In this document: positions 33,866-47,672 of the stretch, piece by piece
Layout: every line of letters begins with the position of its first letter
Position numbering within the stretch: the first letter of the stretch is position 1
Assembly: GCA_002269645.1 (NCBI GenBank)
Contig: NIVC01001993.1
Coordinates: forward strand, 143,385-207,384
From: Macrostomum lignano
Taxonomy: Eukaryota
Direction of reading: 5' to 3'
Length of the DNA: 64,000 nucleotides
Made by a program: the position numbers and the translations under genes
Notes under the pieces: model-generated
The model's database searches: none
The model's input: only the letters and a program-made list of their open reading frames with translations
Told to the model about the DNA's origin: nothing

Positions 33866-34609
33866 AGTAATCCTTGGCTTTTATACCTAAACCCGGATTT
33901 AAGATCGTTTTAAGTTTATCCCAAGTTTTCCAAGTCATGCCTTGAAGCGCAACGCTCTGCTCCTAAAAATTTTGTAAACTCTTTTACCAACTTCTAAAAT
34001 CAGGGCTCTAAAACTTCGTTTGATCTGCCGCGGTCATTTCTGTCCCGTCTGCCGCCTCCCATGGGGGAGAAGAGGAGTCTCCACTCAGTTTAAATGGCTC
34101 GGTCGCTCTCCTCTCGCTTTAGCCACGTCTACTTCAGCTGCCGTGGCCTGGCATTTTCTAATGCTCCATCAGATTGATCAGGAGGACTTGTTCTCCAGCT
34201 CAAAACCACTCGACGTCTTTGTATTTTCCTTCATTCCCTCTTTCCTCTCTAATCTCTGGCGGTAATCCCCCCGAGCGTCTGTCCTACTCTGTTCTCTCAA
34301 CTGACTCATCGAGAATTCGACGAAATTTGAACAGCTGTCGAAGAGAGCTCGCCATCTAGGGGTTCGAGTCTCGGCACCTCAGTTGGGATTGTCGGAGTTT
34401 GCTGATGCTAGCAAAGTGTCAAGGCCTCATCTGACATGCATAATTCAGGCATCATAGGCTCCCCTCCAACATCCAGTTTCTCGACTCTCGCCTCGCTTAA
34501 TTCATCGATTAATCTGTCGCTACGGGGGTTGAAGGCAGCCTTTCAACAGCAAAGTTGACTCCCAGTTCAAATCTAACTTTTCACTTTTCCATCATTCTGG
34601 CGATCCTGT

Positions 34610-34957
34610 ACTCGGCCATAGACAATAAAGCCAATCAAAGCCACTGACTGCCACAGAACTGCACTCGGCCATAGACAATAAAGCCAATCAAAGCCACTGA
34701 CTGCAGCAGAACTGCACTCGGCCATAGACAATAAAGCCAATCAAAGCCACTGACTGCCGCAGAACTGCACTCGGCCATAGACAATAAAGCCAATCAAAGC
34801 CACTGACTGCCACAGAACTGCACTCGGCCATAGACAATAAAGCCAATCAAAGCCACTTACTGCAGCAGAACTGCACTCGGCCATAGACAATAAAGCCAAT
34901 CAAAGCCACTGACTGCCGCAGAACTGCACTCGGCCATAGACAATAAAGCCAATCAAG
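34610..34957. repeat. 53-bp tandem repeat (~6.5 copies) containing CCATAGACAATAAAG
   Basis: ACTCGGCCATAGAC recurs at 34610, 34663 and 34716 onward. Confidence 0.93.
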
Positions 34958-35754
34958 CAGACAGCTCGCAATTCCAAGCTGCACCTCTACCACAGACTAC
35001 AAGCCACAACAACTGTTTAAGGTTCTTCTCTCTGGTTTAAAAGACAATCAAGTAAAGAATGACACGTACTTAAAATTGCTTAAAGTCAAGTAACAGTAGC
35101 CATTTATTTTACTTTAGAGCAAGCTCTGTCCCCCACCCGATGTACTTGATTATTTCTTAACGCTTGACCAAGAGCCAGTGAAGTTCAGTGTTCAATCCTT
35201 GGCCTAGTGCCGATCGTATCAAGATTGTAAAAAGGAGCACGATATCTGGTAAGATGGTGCATGGGGCCGGCAGTGAATACTCGAATGGAATGCCAGACCT
35301 GCCATCCCCCCCCCCGACCCTCAGCTGCAATATCGAATTTCTCTCCTAAAGCCTGTCGCGCCAGTTGCTATTCAGGTACGCGACCAGCTGAATAAAACTT
35401 CCCCATGCAGTTTCTTCCCTAGTTCGGAATCGATAACAGTCGGGTGGGGGGAGGGCAAAAAAGACATCATTGCTACATAGACAATGCGCTTTTCTTCCCA
35501 GCGCAAGTATCTTGTTAAGCTGATCTCGTAACCCAGGAGTTTATGGAAGCCACGAATAAGGTCGAATGGTTACTGAAAGATGAATAATATAAGAATAAGC
35601 CGGGGCTACTAACCATCCGCACCCTAAACCTACAGACGATTCAGCAGGGTGGACAGATGCCAACCAATAGTAGGGCTGGACTGTGGGCCATGGGTCAGTG
35701 GAACTGGGGGGGACCCCTCTAAGTAGAAATATCCCCATAGTTGGCAAGGATAAC

Positions 35755-35755
<1 letters not shown>

Positions 35756-35785
<30 letters not shown>
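35756..35785. repeat. (GA)n microsatellite
   Basis: Direct inspection. Confidence 0.9.
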
Positions 35786-35788
<3 letters not shown>

Positions 35789-36844
35789 TAGAGAAAGCGA
35801 AGGAAGAAGACTTTCCAACAACTGGCCTGAATAGCTCAGTCAGAATAACATTATTTCTTCCTCTTTAAACAGCAGTTGCCTGCCCAAGTTTGCCCAAGTT
35901 CGACTGAAATTCTTTGGACCGTAGACCGCAGTTCCCAGCTCCTGGTTCGGAGTTCCGGTTCCGGTGAGCTAATCGCAAGTCTTTATCATCTTATTCATCA
36001 TATTTAAAGTATGCATCCAGAAGGTCGCTACAAATCTACCCTATAACAATACCCTGTGATCAAGCTAAATATAGTTTTACCATAGACAAATCTCCGTCTA
36101 GAAAGAACAATTCAAGAATTTAAGCGTTTCATTTTAAGACACTGCCAATCAAAGTCAAACAATGTTTCTACTTTTGTCTATGGTCGAAACACCGTCTATT
36201 GTCTATGGCACAGATAGAGCATTGAGATTAATACACAGAGCAGTTGAATTCAAGTCTGATTTTCAAGTCTACTCGATGTCTTAAATTCAATGCCCTACCC
36301 CCGTACATGGTTTCGGCCATAGACAATCGTCGAGCCACATGGATTCATTTGCATATTAATTATTAATTTGCATTGAAAATTGGCCTCCAGTAAAGTATTC
36401 AAGATTCAACCGTACAAGCACTTAAAGTGCACTTAAATTACTATGCAAACTTGCTCATTTAAACTATTGATTGATTGATCTATATCAGTTAGCTTTCAAT
36501 GTGGGGGGCGTTACTCACCTATCTACCTGTCTATTATCTACCAATAGTTCTCAGATATGAAGTGGCTACTAACTCTGGCTTAACTTCTCGCTATGATGAG
36601 TCATATAATGGCCTGTCAGGAAGCGTGGCCACGACTGTCATGAGGGCTTCATGCGCCTAACTCATCACGGTTTTACATCTCTGCATTCTCTACAGGTACT
36701 GTGAAAAATGCTCAATTAAATATTTAGCAACAGGCAAGCGGCGAGAGGTCCTATGGACGCTGGAAGGGGGTGGGCGTTGATTAAAAGCTAACAATAACAA
36801 CAGTGCTTCATAATGTGTAAATGATAGTTTCATGTTTCGAGGTC

Positions 36845-37840
36845 ATTGAGTTCTTAATTCACTCCAGCTCATTTGAGTTCACTCCAGATCATTGAGTTTA
36901 CTCCGGTTCATTGAGTTCTTAATTCACTCCAGCTCATTTAAGTTCACTCCAGATCATTGAGTTTACTCCGGTTCATTGAGTTCTTAATTCACTCCAGCTC
37001 ATTTGAGTTCACTCCAGATCATTGAGTTCAATCTAGTTCGTTTAGTTCACTCCAGCTCATTGAGGTCACTCCAGCTGATTTGAGTTCACTCCAGCTCATT
37101 GAGTTCACTCCAGCTGATTTGAGTTCACTCCAGCTGATTTGAGTTCACTCCAGATCATTGAGTTCACTCCAGCTCATTTGAGTTCACTCCAGCTCATTGA
37201 GTTCACTCCAGCTCATTTGAGTTCACTCCAGTTCATTGAGTTCACTCTAGTTCGTTTAGTTCACTCCAGCTCATTGAGGTCACTCCAACTGATTTGAGTT
37301 CACTCCAGCTCATTTGAGTTTACTCCAGCTTATTGAGTTCACTCCAGCTGATTTGAGTTCACTCCAGCTCATTGAGTTCACTCTGAACAGCTCATTGAGT
37401 TCACTCCAGCTCATTGAGTTCACTCTGAACAGCTCATTGAGTTCACTGCAGCTCATTGAGTTCACTCCAGCTCAATGAGTTCACTCCGGCCAGTTCATTA
37501 AGTTGACTCCAGCTCATTGAGTTCACTCCGGCCAGTTCATTAAGTTGACTCCAGCTCAATGAGTTCACTCCAGCTCATTGAGTTCACTCTGAACAGCTCA
37601 TTGAGTTCACTCCAGCTCATTGAGTTCACTCCAGCTCATTGAGTTCACTCCAGATCATTGAGTTCACTCCAGCTCATTGCGTTCACTCCAGCTCATTGAG
37701 TTCACTCCAGATCATTGAGTTCACTCTGAACAGCTCATTGAGTTCACTCCAGCTCATTGAGTTCACTCCAGCTCATTGAGTTCACTCCAGCTCATTGAGT
37801 TCACTCCATTTCGTTGAGTTCACTCCAGTTCGTTGAGTGT
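36845..37840. repeat. 19-22-bp minisatellite TGAGTTCACTCCAGCTCAT
   Basis: Direct inspection. The monomer is internally semi-palindromic (TGAG...CTCA, GAGT..ACTC). Confidence 0.94.
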
Positions 37841-38631
37841 TCAGTTCACTCAGCAACTGTCACACAGTCACAATGTTCATTAGCAACTCTGATAGACCTC
37901 AATAAGCAGTGCAAAAAGCTAAAAAGCTAAAAGACTGCTCAATCCAAATGCATTGAATTTGCGAAATTAACTCTCAGACAAATGAAGGAATGTTCAGTCC
38001 AATCTGAGCACAGACTCTGAGCATTGAATATGCGGACCGTCAGCAATGCCACCAGGGAGTGGCTTTGGCCAATTACCGCCAATTTCCTTTCAACAATTTC
38101 GATTTGGCGATGATTCGCGTTTTCCTGCCTCAACTAAAAACTGGAGAAGACGCCGGCAGCTGGGCACTGACTGAGATGAGGAGAATATCTTTTATTTTCA
38201 TCCTCCTTTCCCCTATCCCGCTCTCGCTCTTTTTAGACTGACTGGACTGGATCAGTGGGCGTGAGAATACACACAAATTTTAGCTGTGTTTTTTACATCT
38301 GCCGACAAGATTTCAGCCAGCTGATGGGGACAGCGATGGGGGAGGGGGGGAGAGTGGGATAGACAGGAATTGATGGCGCACGGGCTAGGCGTAGGCAGCA
38401 GGGATTTATTGCCTCAACCATGCCAAACCTATCAATTTCTTCTTCATCCGGACATTAGAGCGCGAAAAAGTTTGAAAGAAAGTTGCTTGACAGACAAACA
38501 GCAGCAACCGGGGTAAAACTGCTTTTGCCAGAGTAGAATTGACTGACACATCGGTGTGAAACATGGCTGAGTTTATCAGGATGCCTGTTTACTGAGGATA
38601 GCACTGCGAATGAGTGTATTCTAACGATTAA

Positions 38632-39279
38632 CCAGCTAGATCTATAGATTATCCAGCTTGGTCTATAGATAATCCAGGTACATCTATAGACTATCCAGTT
38701 AAATCTATAGATTATCCAGCTAGATCTATAGATTATCCAACTAGATCTATAGATTATCCAGCAAGATCTATAGATTATCCAGCTAGGTCTATAGATTATT
38801 CAGCTAGGTCTATAGATTATTCAGCTAGGTCTATAGATTATCCAGCTAGGTCTATAGATTATCCAGCTAGGTCTATAGATTATTCAGCTAGGTCTATAGA
38901 TTATTCAGCTAGGTCTATAGATTATCCAGCTAGATCTATAGATTATCCAGCTTGGTATATAGATTATCCATCTAGATCTATAGATTATCCAGCTTGGTAT
39001 ATAGATTATCCAGCTAGGTCTATAGATTATCCAGCTAGGTCTATAGATTATCCAGCTAGGTCTATAGATTATCCAGCTAGGTCTATAGATTATCCAGCTA
39101 GATCTATAGATTATCCAGATAGATCTATAGATTATCCAGCTTGGTATATAGATTATCCAGCTAGATCTATAGATTATCCAGCTAGGTCTATAGATTATCC
39201 AGCTAGGTCTATAGATTATCCAGCTAGGTCTATAGATTATCCAGCTAGGTCTATAGATTATCCAGCTAGATGTATAGAT
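38632..39279. repeat. 21-bp minisatellite CTATAGATTATCCAGCTAG(G/A)T
   Basis: Period 21. Confidence 0.96.
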
Positions 39280-39676
39280 TATTGGACGACTTCTCTCAAA
39301 CCGAAGTGTAAAAGTGAGATAGACTGCCTATATGTATCAAAAAATATTTCCGTGAGAAAAAAATAATTTGAAAATGAAATAAAAAAACAAGACAAGTGAA
39401 GCGAAGTGAGACTCAGATGTCTTAGTGGGTTGCAGCGATAATAAAAAATCTGCCGGATGGAACCGCTTAGCAATAAACCGTTTATTCTCATTCTCCCACT
39501 CACTTCTCTATCTTCCCAACCCGGCTAAAGCTCCATCTTCGCTCTGCTCGCGCGATCTCAATTCTTCCTCTGAGCTCCAACTCCAATCCCTTTTTCTTAC
39601 CCCGCTCCCCGCTGCCCGACTATGACACTCGTCGATTCCCCACTGTATGGCCCATGTGGTCACGCCGCTGGGTCCA

Positions 39677-39677
<1 letters not shown>

Positions 39678-39708
<31 letters not shown>
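39678..39708. repeat. (CA)n microsatellite at the left of the 7.6-kb element
   Basis: Direct inspection. Confidence 0.93.
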
Positions 39709-39711
<3 letters not shown>

Positions 39712-39714
39712 ACG

Positions 39715-42700
39715 CACCGGGCACTTGTTGGTACGGTATACAATGGTGGGCACTTATTTTGCAATTTTTTTTGACACACGAAAACACACACATACACACA
39801 GTGCAATGACCTATTAAGTATTTTTAGCATTTAAATGATGAAAAAAAGCATACATTGAAATAAAAAAGCACGTCCCATACTAATAGTATGATCTATTGAA
39901 AGTGAAGGAATAGCATATCATCGTGTAACTATATTGTCCTCAGTCCAGCGAATTCAGCATTACTTGAAATACAAAAGGCTTCGTTAAAGCCAATCCACAT
40001 GAAGGAAAAACTAGTTACAAGCAGTCTATTTACCTTTACCTTTACTAATACGCTATATTGCTGTACGCAATTTGCCTGACTAATATGAATAAAAAATTCA
40101 ATTACACTTGCGCTTAGAAAAAAACCTAAAATTGACAGTGAAACTGAAAAACTGAAACGCAGAGATTAGTTAAGCAGATTAAACAACAAATTCCGGTCGA
40201 GTGAGAAAACAGGAGTCTCGTTATTTAGAGCACTCTGGCATTCAGCATTACGCTCGTAGTCTATTAGCTGCTCTCCTGAGTTCGAAGCTGACAGGTCTGT
40301 TGCAGTCGGAATCGGTTGAGTCGACTGCCAATTTAGTCAATGGGTTTCGTTTCTTCTTTTCACTGGAACCTGTGGTGGGATTAGCAAAAGATTGATTTCG
40401 CATATCTATTTAGTGATTTCAAGGACGACAAAATCATTCTTCTCTGCATGTCAGCTCCAGAAGATGCTAGTTTTCTTGCAGCTTTCTGTAGGAGCATTCT
40501 ACTTTAGTAAAGTGTACCCATTCTAAAATAAGCTGTTTTTAATATGTCCCAACAAGTCTCTGTGCAGTGTGTCATCCGTTTGCCCATCAATTTGTTCTGG
40601 AGCCCTTTATTAATTGAGTTCTCTAGGTGACTTAACAAATGCGGAAAAAACTAGACACACACACAGTGGCCCAACACTTCGTGTCCCAATAATTGCTAGG
40701 AAAAATGCACTGCAGTGTTTAAGCATCTCCTCTGAGGGGCCCTTGCATGCATAGCTATAGAATCTGCTAAGACCCGATCTGAGAGTTAAAAGTACAAAAA
40801 GTTATAACGCTTCTAGACACGAAAACGAATGCAGCCACAGCATGAACTAACCTTTCATTGAAGCTTCTGCTTAAGACTTTGATGCTGTGAAGCATTCTGG
40901 CATCTAGCATTACTCTCGTAGTCTATTAGCTGCTCTCCTGAGTTCGAAGCTGACAGGTCTGTTGCAGTCGGAATCGGTTGAGTCGACTGCCAATTTAGTC
41001 AATGGGTTTCGTTTCTTCTTTTCACTGGAACCTGTGGTGGGATTAGCAAAAGATTGATTTCGCATATCTATTTAGTGATTTCAAGGACGACAAAATCATT
41101 CTTCTCTGCATGTCAGCTCCAGAAGATGCTAGTTTTCTTGCAGCTTTCTGTAGGAGCATTCTACTTTAGTAAAGTGTACCCATTCTAAAATAAGCTGTTT
41201 TTAATATGTCCCAACAAGTCTCTGTGCAGTGTGTCATCCGTTTGCCCATCAATTTGTTCTGGAGCACTTTATTAATTGAGTTCTTTAGGTGACTTAACAA
41301 ATGCGGAAAAAACTAGACACACACACAGTGGCCCAACACTTCGTGTCCCAATAATTGCTAGGAAAAATGCACTGCAGTGTTTAAGCATCTCCTCTGAGGG
41401 GCCCTTGCATGCATAGCTATAGAATCTGCTAAGACCCGATCTGAGAGTTAAAAGTACAAAAAGTTATAACGCTTCTAGACACGAAAACGAATGCAGCCAC
41501 AGCATGAACTAACCTTTCATTGAAGCTTCTGCTTAAGACTTTGATGCTGTGAAGCATTCTGGCATCTAGCATTACTCTCGTAGTCTATTAGCTGCTCTCC
41601 TGAGTTCGAAGCTGACAGGTCTGTTGCAGTCGGAATCGGTTGAGTCGACTGCCAATTTAGTCAATGGGTTTCGTTTCTTCTTTTCACTGGAACCTGTGGT
41701 GGGATTAGCAAAAGATTGATTTCGCATATCTATTTAGTGATTTCAAGGACGACAAAATCATTCTTCTCTGCATGTCAGCTCCAGAAGATGCTAGTTTTCT
41801 TGCAGCTTTCTGTAGGAGCATTCTACTTTAGTAAAGTGTACCCATTCTAAAATAATCTGTTTTTAATATGTCCCAACAAGTCTCTGTGCAGTGTGTCATC
41901 CGTTTGCCCATCAATTTGTTCTGGAGCACTTTATTAATTGAGTTCTTTAGGTGACTTAACAAATGCGGAAAAAACTAGACACACACACAGTGGCCCAACA
42001 CTTCGTGTCCCAATAATTGCTAGGAAAAATGCACTGCAGTGTTTAAGCATCTCCTCTGAGGGGCCCTTGCATGCATAGCTATAGAATCTGCTAAGACCCG
42101 ATCTGAGAGTTAAAAGTACAAAAAGTTATAACGCTTCTAGACACGAAAACGAATGCAGCCACAGCATGAACTAACCTTTCATTGAAGCTTCTGCTTAAGA
42201 CTTTGATGCTGTGAAGCATTCTGGCATCTAGCATTACTCTCGTAGACTATTAGCTGCTCTCCTGAGTTCGAAGCTGACAGGTCTGTTGCAGTCGGAATCG
42301 TTGAGTCGACTGCCAATTTAGTCAATGGGTTTCGTTTCTTCTTTTCACTGGAACCTGTGGTGGGATTAGCAAAAGATCGATTTCGCATATCTATTTAGTG
42401 ATTTCAAGGACGACAAAATCATTCTTCTCTGCATGTCAGCTCCAGAAGATGCTAGTTTTCTTGCAGCTTTCTGTAGGAGCATTCTACTTTAGTAAAGTGT
42501 ACCCATTCTAAAATAAGCTGTTTTTAATATGTCCCAACAAGTCTCTGTGCAGTGTGTCATCCGTTTGCCCATCAATTTGTTCTGGAGCCCTTTATTAATT
42601 GAGTTCTTTAGGTGACTTAACAAATGCGGAAAAAACTAGACACACACACAGTGGCCCAACACTTCGTGTCCCAATAATTGCTAGGAAAAATGCACTGCAG

Positions 42701-45700
42701 TGTTTAAGCATCTCCTCTGAGGGGCCCTTGCATGCATAGCTATAGAATCTGCTAAGACCCGATCTGAGAGTTAAAAGTACAAAAAGTTATAACGCTTCTA
42801 GACACGAAAACGAATGCAGCCACAGCATGAACTAACCTTTCATTGAAGCTTCTGCTTAAGACTTTGATGCTGTGAAGCATTCTGGCATCTAGCATTACTC
42901 TCGTAGTCTATTAGCTGCTCTCCTGAGTTCGAAGCTGACAGGTCTGTTGCAGTCGGAATCGGTTGAGTCGACTGCCAATTTAGTCAATGGGTTTCGTTTC
43001 TTCTTTTCACTGGAACCTGTGGTGGGATTAGCAAAAGATTGATTTCGCATATCTATTTAGTGATTTCAAGGACGACAAAATCATTCTTCTCTGCATGTCA
43101 GCTCCAGAAGATGCTAGTTTTCTTGCAGCTTTCTGTAGGAGCATTCTACTTTAGTAAAGTGTACCCATTCTAAAATAAGCTGTTTTTAATATGTCCCAAC
43201 AAGTCTCTGTGCAGTGTGTCATCCGTTTGCCCATCAATTTGTTCTGGAGCCCTTTATTAATTGAGTTCTTAGGTGACTTAACAAATGCGGAAAAAACTAG
43301 ACACACACACAGTGGCCCAACACTTCGTGTCCCAATAATTGCTAGGAAAAATGCACTGCAGTGTTTAAGCATCTCCTCTGAGGGGCCCTTGCATGCATAG
43401 CTATAGAATCTGCTAAGACCCGATCTGAGAGTTAAAAGTACAAAAAGTTATAACGCTTCTAGACACGAAAACGAATGCAGCCACAGCATGAACTAACCTT
43501 TCATTGAAGCTTCTGCTTAAGACTTTGATGCTGTGAAGCATTCTGGCATCTAGCATTACTCTCGTAGTCTATTAGCTGCTCTCCTGAGTTCGAAGCTGAC
43601 AGGTCTGTTGCAGTCGGAATCGTTGAGTCGACTGCCAATTTAGTCAATGGGTTTCGTTTCTTCTTTTCACTGGAACCTGTGGTGGGATTAGCAAAAGATT
43701 GATTTCGCATATCTATTTAGTGATTTCAAGGACGACAAAATCATTCTTCTCTGCATGTCAGCTCCAGAAGATGCTAGTTTTCTTGCAGCTTTCTGTAGGA
43801 GCATTCTACTTTAGTAAAGTGTACCCATTCTAAAATAAGCTGTTTTTAATATGTCCCAACAAGTCTCTGTGCAGTGTGTCATCCGTTTGCCCATCAATTT
43901 GTTCTGGAGCCTTTATTAATTGAGTTCTTTAGGTGACTTAACAAATGCGGAAAAAACTAGACACACACACAGTGGCCCAACACTTCGTGTCCCAATAATT
44001 GCTAGGAAAAATGCACTGCAGTGTTTAAGCATCTCCTCTGAGGGGCCCTTGCATGCATAGCTATAGAATCTGCTAAGACCCGATCTGAGAGTTAAAAGTA
44101 CAAAAAGTTATAACGCTTCTAGACACGAAAACGAATGCAGCCACAGCATGAACTAACCTTTCATTGAAGCTTCTGCTTAAGACTTTGATGCTGTGAAGCA
44201 TTCTGGCATCTAGCATTACTCTCGTAGACTATTAGCTGCTCTCCTGAGTTCGAAGCTGACAGGTCTGTTGCAGTCGGAATCGTTGAGTCGACTGCCAATT
44301 TAGTCAATGGGTTTCGTTTCTTCTTTTCACTGGAACCTGTGGTGGGATTAGCAAAAGATGATTTCGCATATCTATTTAGTGATTTCAAGGACGACAAAAT
44401 CATTCTTCTCTGCATGTCAGCTCCAGAAGATGCTAGTTTTCTTGCAGCTTTCTGTAGGAGCATTCTACTTTAGTAAAGTGTACCCATTCTAAAATAAGCT
44501 GTTTTTAATATGTCCCAACAAGTCTCTGTGCAGTGTGTCATCCGTTTGCCCATCAATTTGTTCTGGAGCACTTTATTAATTGAGTTCTTTAGGTGACTTA
44601 ACAAATGCGGAAAAAACTAGACACACACACAGTGGCCCAACACTTCGTGTCCCAATAATTGCTAGGAAAAATGCACTGCAGTGTTTAAGCATCTCCTCTG
44701 AGGGGCCCTTGCATGCATAGCTATAGAATCTGCTAAGACCCGATCTGAGAGTTAAAAGTACAAAAAGTTATAACGCTTCTAGACACGAAAACGAATGCAG
44801 CCACAGCATGAACTAACCTTTCATTGAAGCTTCTGCTTAAGACTTTGATGCTGTGAAGCATTCTGGCATCTAGCATTACTCTCGTAGACTATTAGCTGCT
44901 CTCCTGAGTTCGAAGCTGACAGGTCTGTTGCAGTCGGAATCGGTTGAGTCGACTGCCAATTTAGTCAATGGGTTTCGTTTCTTCTTTTCACTGGAACCTG
45001 TGGTGGGATTAGCAAAAGATCGATTTCGCATATCTATTTAGTGATTTCAAGGACGACAAAATCATTCTTCTCTGCATGTCAGCTCCAGAAGATGCTAGTT
45101 TTCTTGCAGCTTTCTGTAGGAGCATTCTACTTTAGTAAAGTGTACCCATTCTAAAATAAGCTGTTTTTAATATGTCCCAACAAGTCTCTGTGCAGTGTGT
45201 CATCCGTTTGCCCATCAATTTATTCTGGAGCCCTTTATTAATTGAGTTCTTTAGGTGACTTAACAAATGCGGAAAAAACTAGACACACACACAGTGGCCC
45301 AACACTTCGTGTCCCAATAATTGCTAGGAAAAATGCACTGCAGTGTTTAAGCATCTCCTCTGAGGGGCCCTTGCATGCATAGCTATAGAATCTGCTAAGA
45401 CCCGATCTGAGAGTTAAAAGTACAAAAAGTTATAACGCTTCTAGACACGAAAACGAATGCAGCCACAGCATGAACTAACCTTTCATTGAAGCTTCTGCTT
45501 AAGACTTTGATGCTGTGAAGCATTCTGGCATCTAGCATTACTCTCGTAGTCTATTAGCTGCTCTCCTGAGTTCGAAGCTGACAGGTCTGTTGCAGTCGGA
45601 ATCGGTTGAGTCGACTGCCAATTTAGTCAATGGGTTTCGTTTCTTCTTTTCACTGGAACCTGTGGTGGGATTAGCAAAAGATCGATTTCGCATATCTATT

Positions 45701-47283
45701 TAGTGATTTCAAGGACGACAAAATCATTCTTCTCTGCATGTCAGCTCCAGAAGATGCTAGTTTGCTTGCAGCTTTCTGTAGGAGCATTCTACTTTAGTAA
45801 AGTGTACCCATTCTAAAATAAGCTGTTTTTAATATGTCCCAACAAGTCTCTGTGCAGTGTGTCATCCGTTTGCCCATCAATTTGTTCTGGAGCCCTTTAT
45901 TAATTGAGTTCTCTAGGTGACTTAACAAATGCGGAAAAAACTAGACACACACACAGTGGCCCAACACTTCGTGTCCCAATAATTGCTAGGAAAAATGCAC
46001 TGCAGTGTTTAAGCATCTCCTCTGAGGGGCCCTTGCATGCATAGCTATAGAATCTGCTAAGACCCAATCTGAGAGTTAAAAGTACAAAACTTATAATTTT
46101 TGTGGTTGGACACGTAGGCTATTGAATGTCAATGGATTCAGACGAAATGCCAAGTTTTACTCAAAGCTTTTACAGCTTACCGGTTAAAGTCGACGGATCC
46201 TTTGGCAATTGCGCCACATGGCAGTTGATCAAAGGTGATATACCTGAAGTAAAGGTAGGTACTGCTTAGCAGGAGCAGTATTTTTTATAGCATTTAAATA
46301 TAAATGCTTCTTTTTTCCGACAAAGTTTTTTAATACCACTTACATGTTTATCGCTGTGCCATTCCATGCTGTTCTTTCCATACCATGGTGACTCGGGTGC
46401 CATGGCAGAGGCAGAGTTGACCATTGATTTCAGCATGGCGAGTACATGCCAATTTTGTTTACCGTACGTTTGCGGGGTGGCGTCAATAATAGACCAAAAT
46501 AAATGTACACTTAACTAGCAAGGGGACTCTGGTAAATTGGAGCCATGTACACAGGGGGGTAGGGCTTAGTCCTAACATGTACGGGGTAAGTCCTAATATG
46601 AGTGGGCTTTTGTAAACGACACTCTAGCACACAGTCCCAACAATTTATAGAATATCGAATGCGCGCAGCAGTCAATAGCATGAGTCCTAACAAGAGTGGG
46701 CTGTTGTATTCAACACTGCAACACTGTCCTAACAATTTAGTTCGTGTAGAGGACTGATGCCCATCACAGTCAGAAGTACATGTAAGCCCTTGTCATTTCT
46801 TTAGGTTTATCTCCATCCAGAACCATCCTTTGACAATAAAATACCCTTAAAAGTGTTTTGCTATGCTTTGCTTTGTATGTATTTTAATGTATGCTATGTA
46901 TTTACGTCTTGAAACAAAGACTGCAGCAAATGAATGCGCTTGAAATCTACTATTAGTAAAAATATGAGAAAAAACCAATAAAAATATGCGGGAGCAAATT
47001 AGCCATTTCAGTGTCCCAATAGTGATTTAGTCGAATTTTGTATCATTTTTCCTTATTGGGACGCCAGTTTTTGCTTATTTATTGACACAGCAAGTAAAAT
47101 TATTAAAAATGAGTTGCACCATCAAAAAGAGGCTGTCGAGCTGAATCCATAGAGTATTTTTTTGAGCTGCTATTGTAACTTTTTTGGAAGTGTTGGACGG
47201 ACTTGATGGGACAGTCCCAACATTTTTTTTGGCCCAACAGTGCGGGTCCCGTTGTACGCGTATGGCCCAACAAATGCCCCGTG
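39715..47283. mobile_element. Putative ~7.6-kb CAC...GTG (CMC-like) non-autonomous DNA transposon inserted in a (CA)n tract
   Basis: The left end CACCGGGCACTTGTTGG (39715-39731) matches the reverse complement of the right end, CACGGGGCATTTGTTGG (47267-47283), at 15/17 positions. CG flanks both ends (possible 2-bp TSD). (CA)n lies on both sides. CCCAACA/CCTAACA motifs are repeated near the right end. Confidence 0.55.
40232..46094. repeat. ~662-bp tandem repeat, ~8.9 near-identical copies
   Basis: CTATTAGCTGC recurs at 40261, 40923, 41585, 42247, 42908, 43569, 44229, 44889 and 45551. Confidence 0.97.
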
Positions 47284-47284
47284 C

Positions 47285-47288
<4 letters not shown>

Positions 47289-47320
<32 letters not shown>
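47289..47320. repeat. (CA)n microsatellite at the right of the 7.6-kb element
   Basis: Direct inspection. Confidence 0.93.
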
Positions 47321-47322
<2 letters not shown>

Positions 47323-47672
47323 GCATGCTCTAAGCGCGGGGTCCCCGACTCATCCGTCTGCCGCTGGCCACTTCTCGCGCCACCGATTCATCGACCGACA
47401 CCAAGGGTGGGGGGGGGGCGCAAAGGAGACTGGATAGGAGGATGTCGGGGAGGAAGGCGGGAAGATGGGGGGAGAGAGGCAGGCAGCTCAGGGTGAGGGG
47501 GGGGGTTGGTCGCAAGGGGGAATCCTGGCCAAGCCCAGCATGGAATTAATACGCCAATGTGCTTATATTCAGACGGCTATGCTAAACCGACGCCCATCCC
47601 GCCTCATCCTGTTGCAGATCTGCTCTTCCTCTGCTCCCAGAAAATAAGCACTCGACACGCGACAAAACAGCC

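Noticed and set aside
42179-44463. Short ORFs in the 662-bp repeat (NPTTGSSEKKKRNP...)
   Set aside because: They appear only in copies with single-base indels. Other copies have stops, and there is no recognisable domain.
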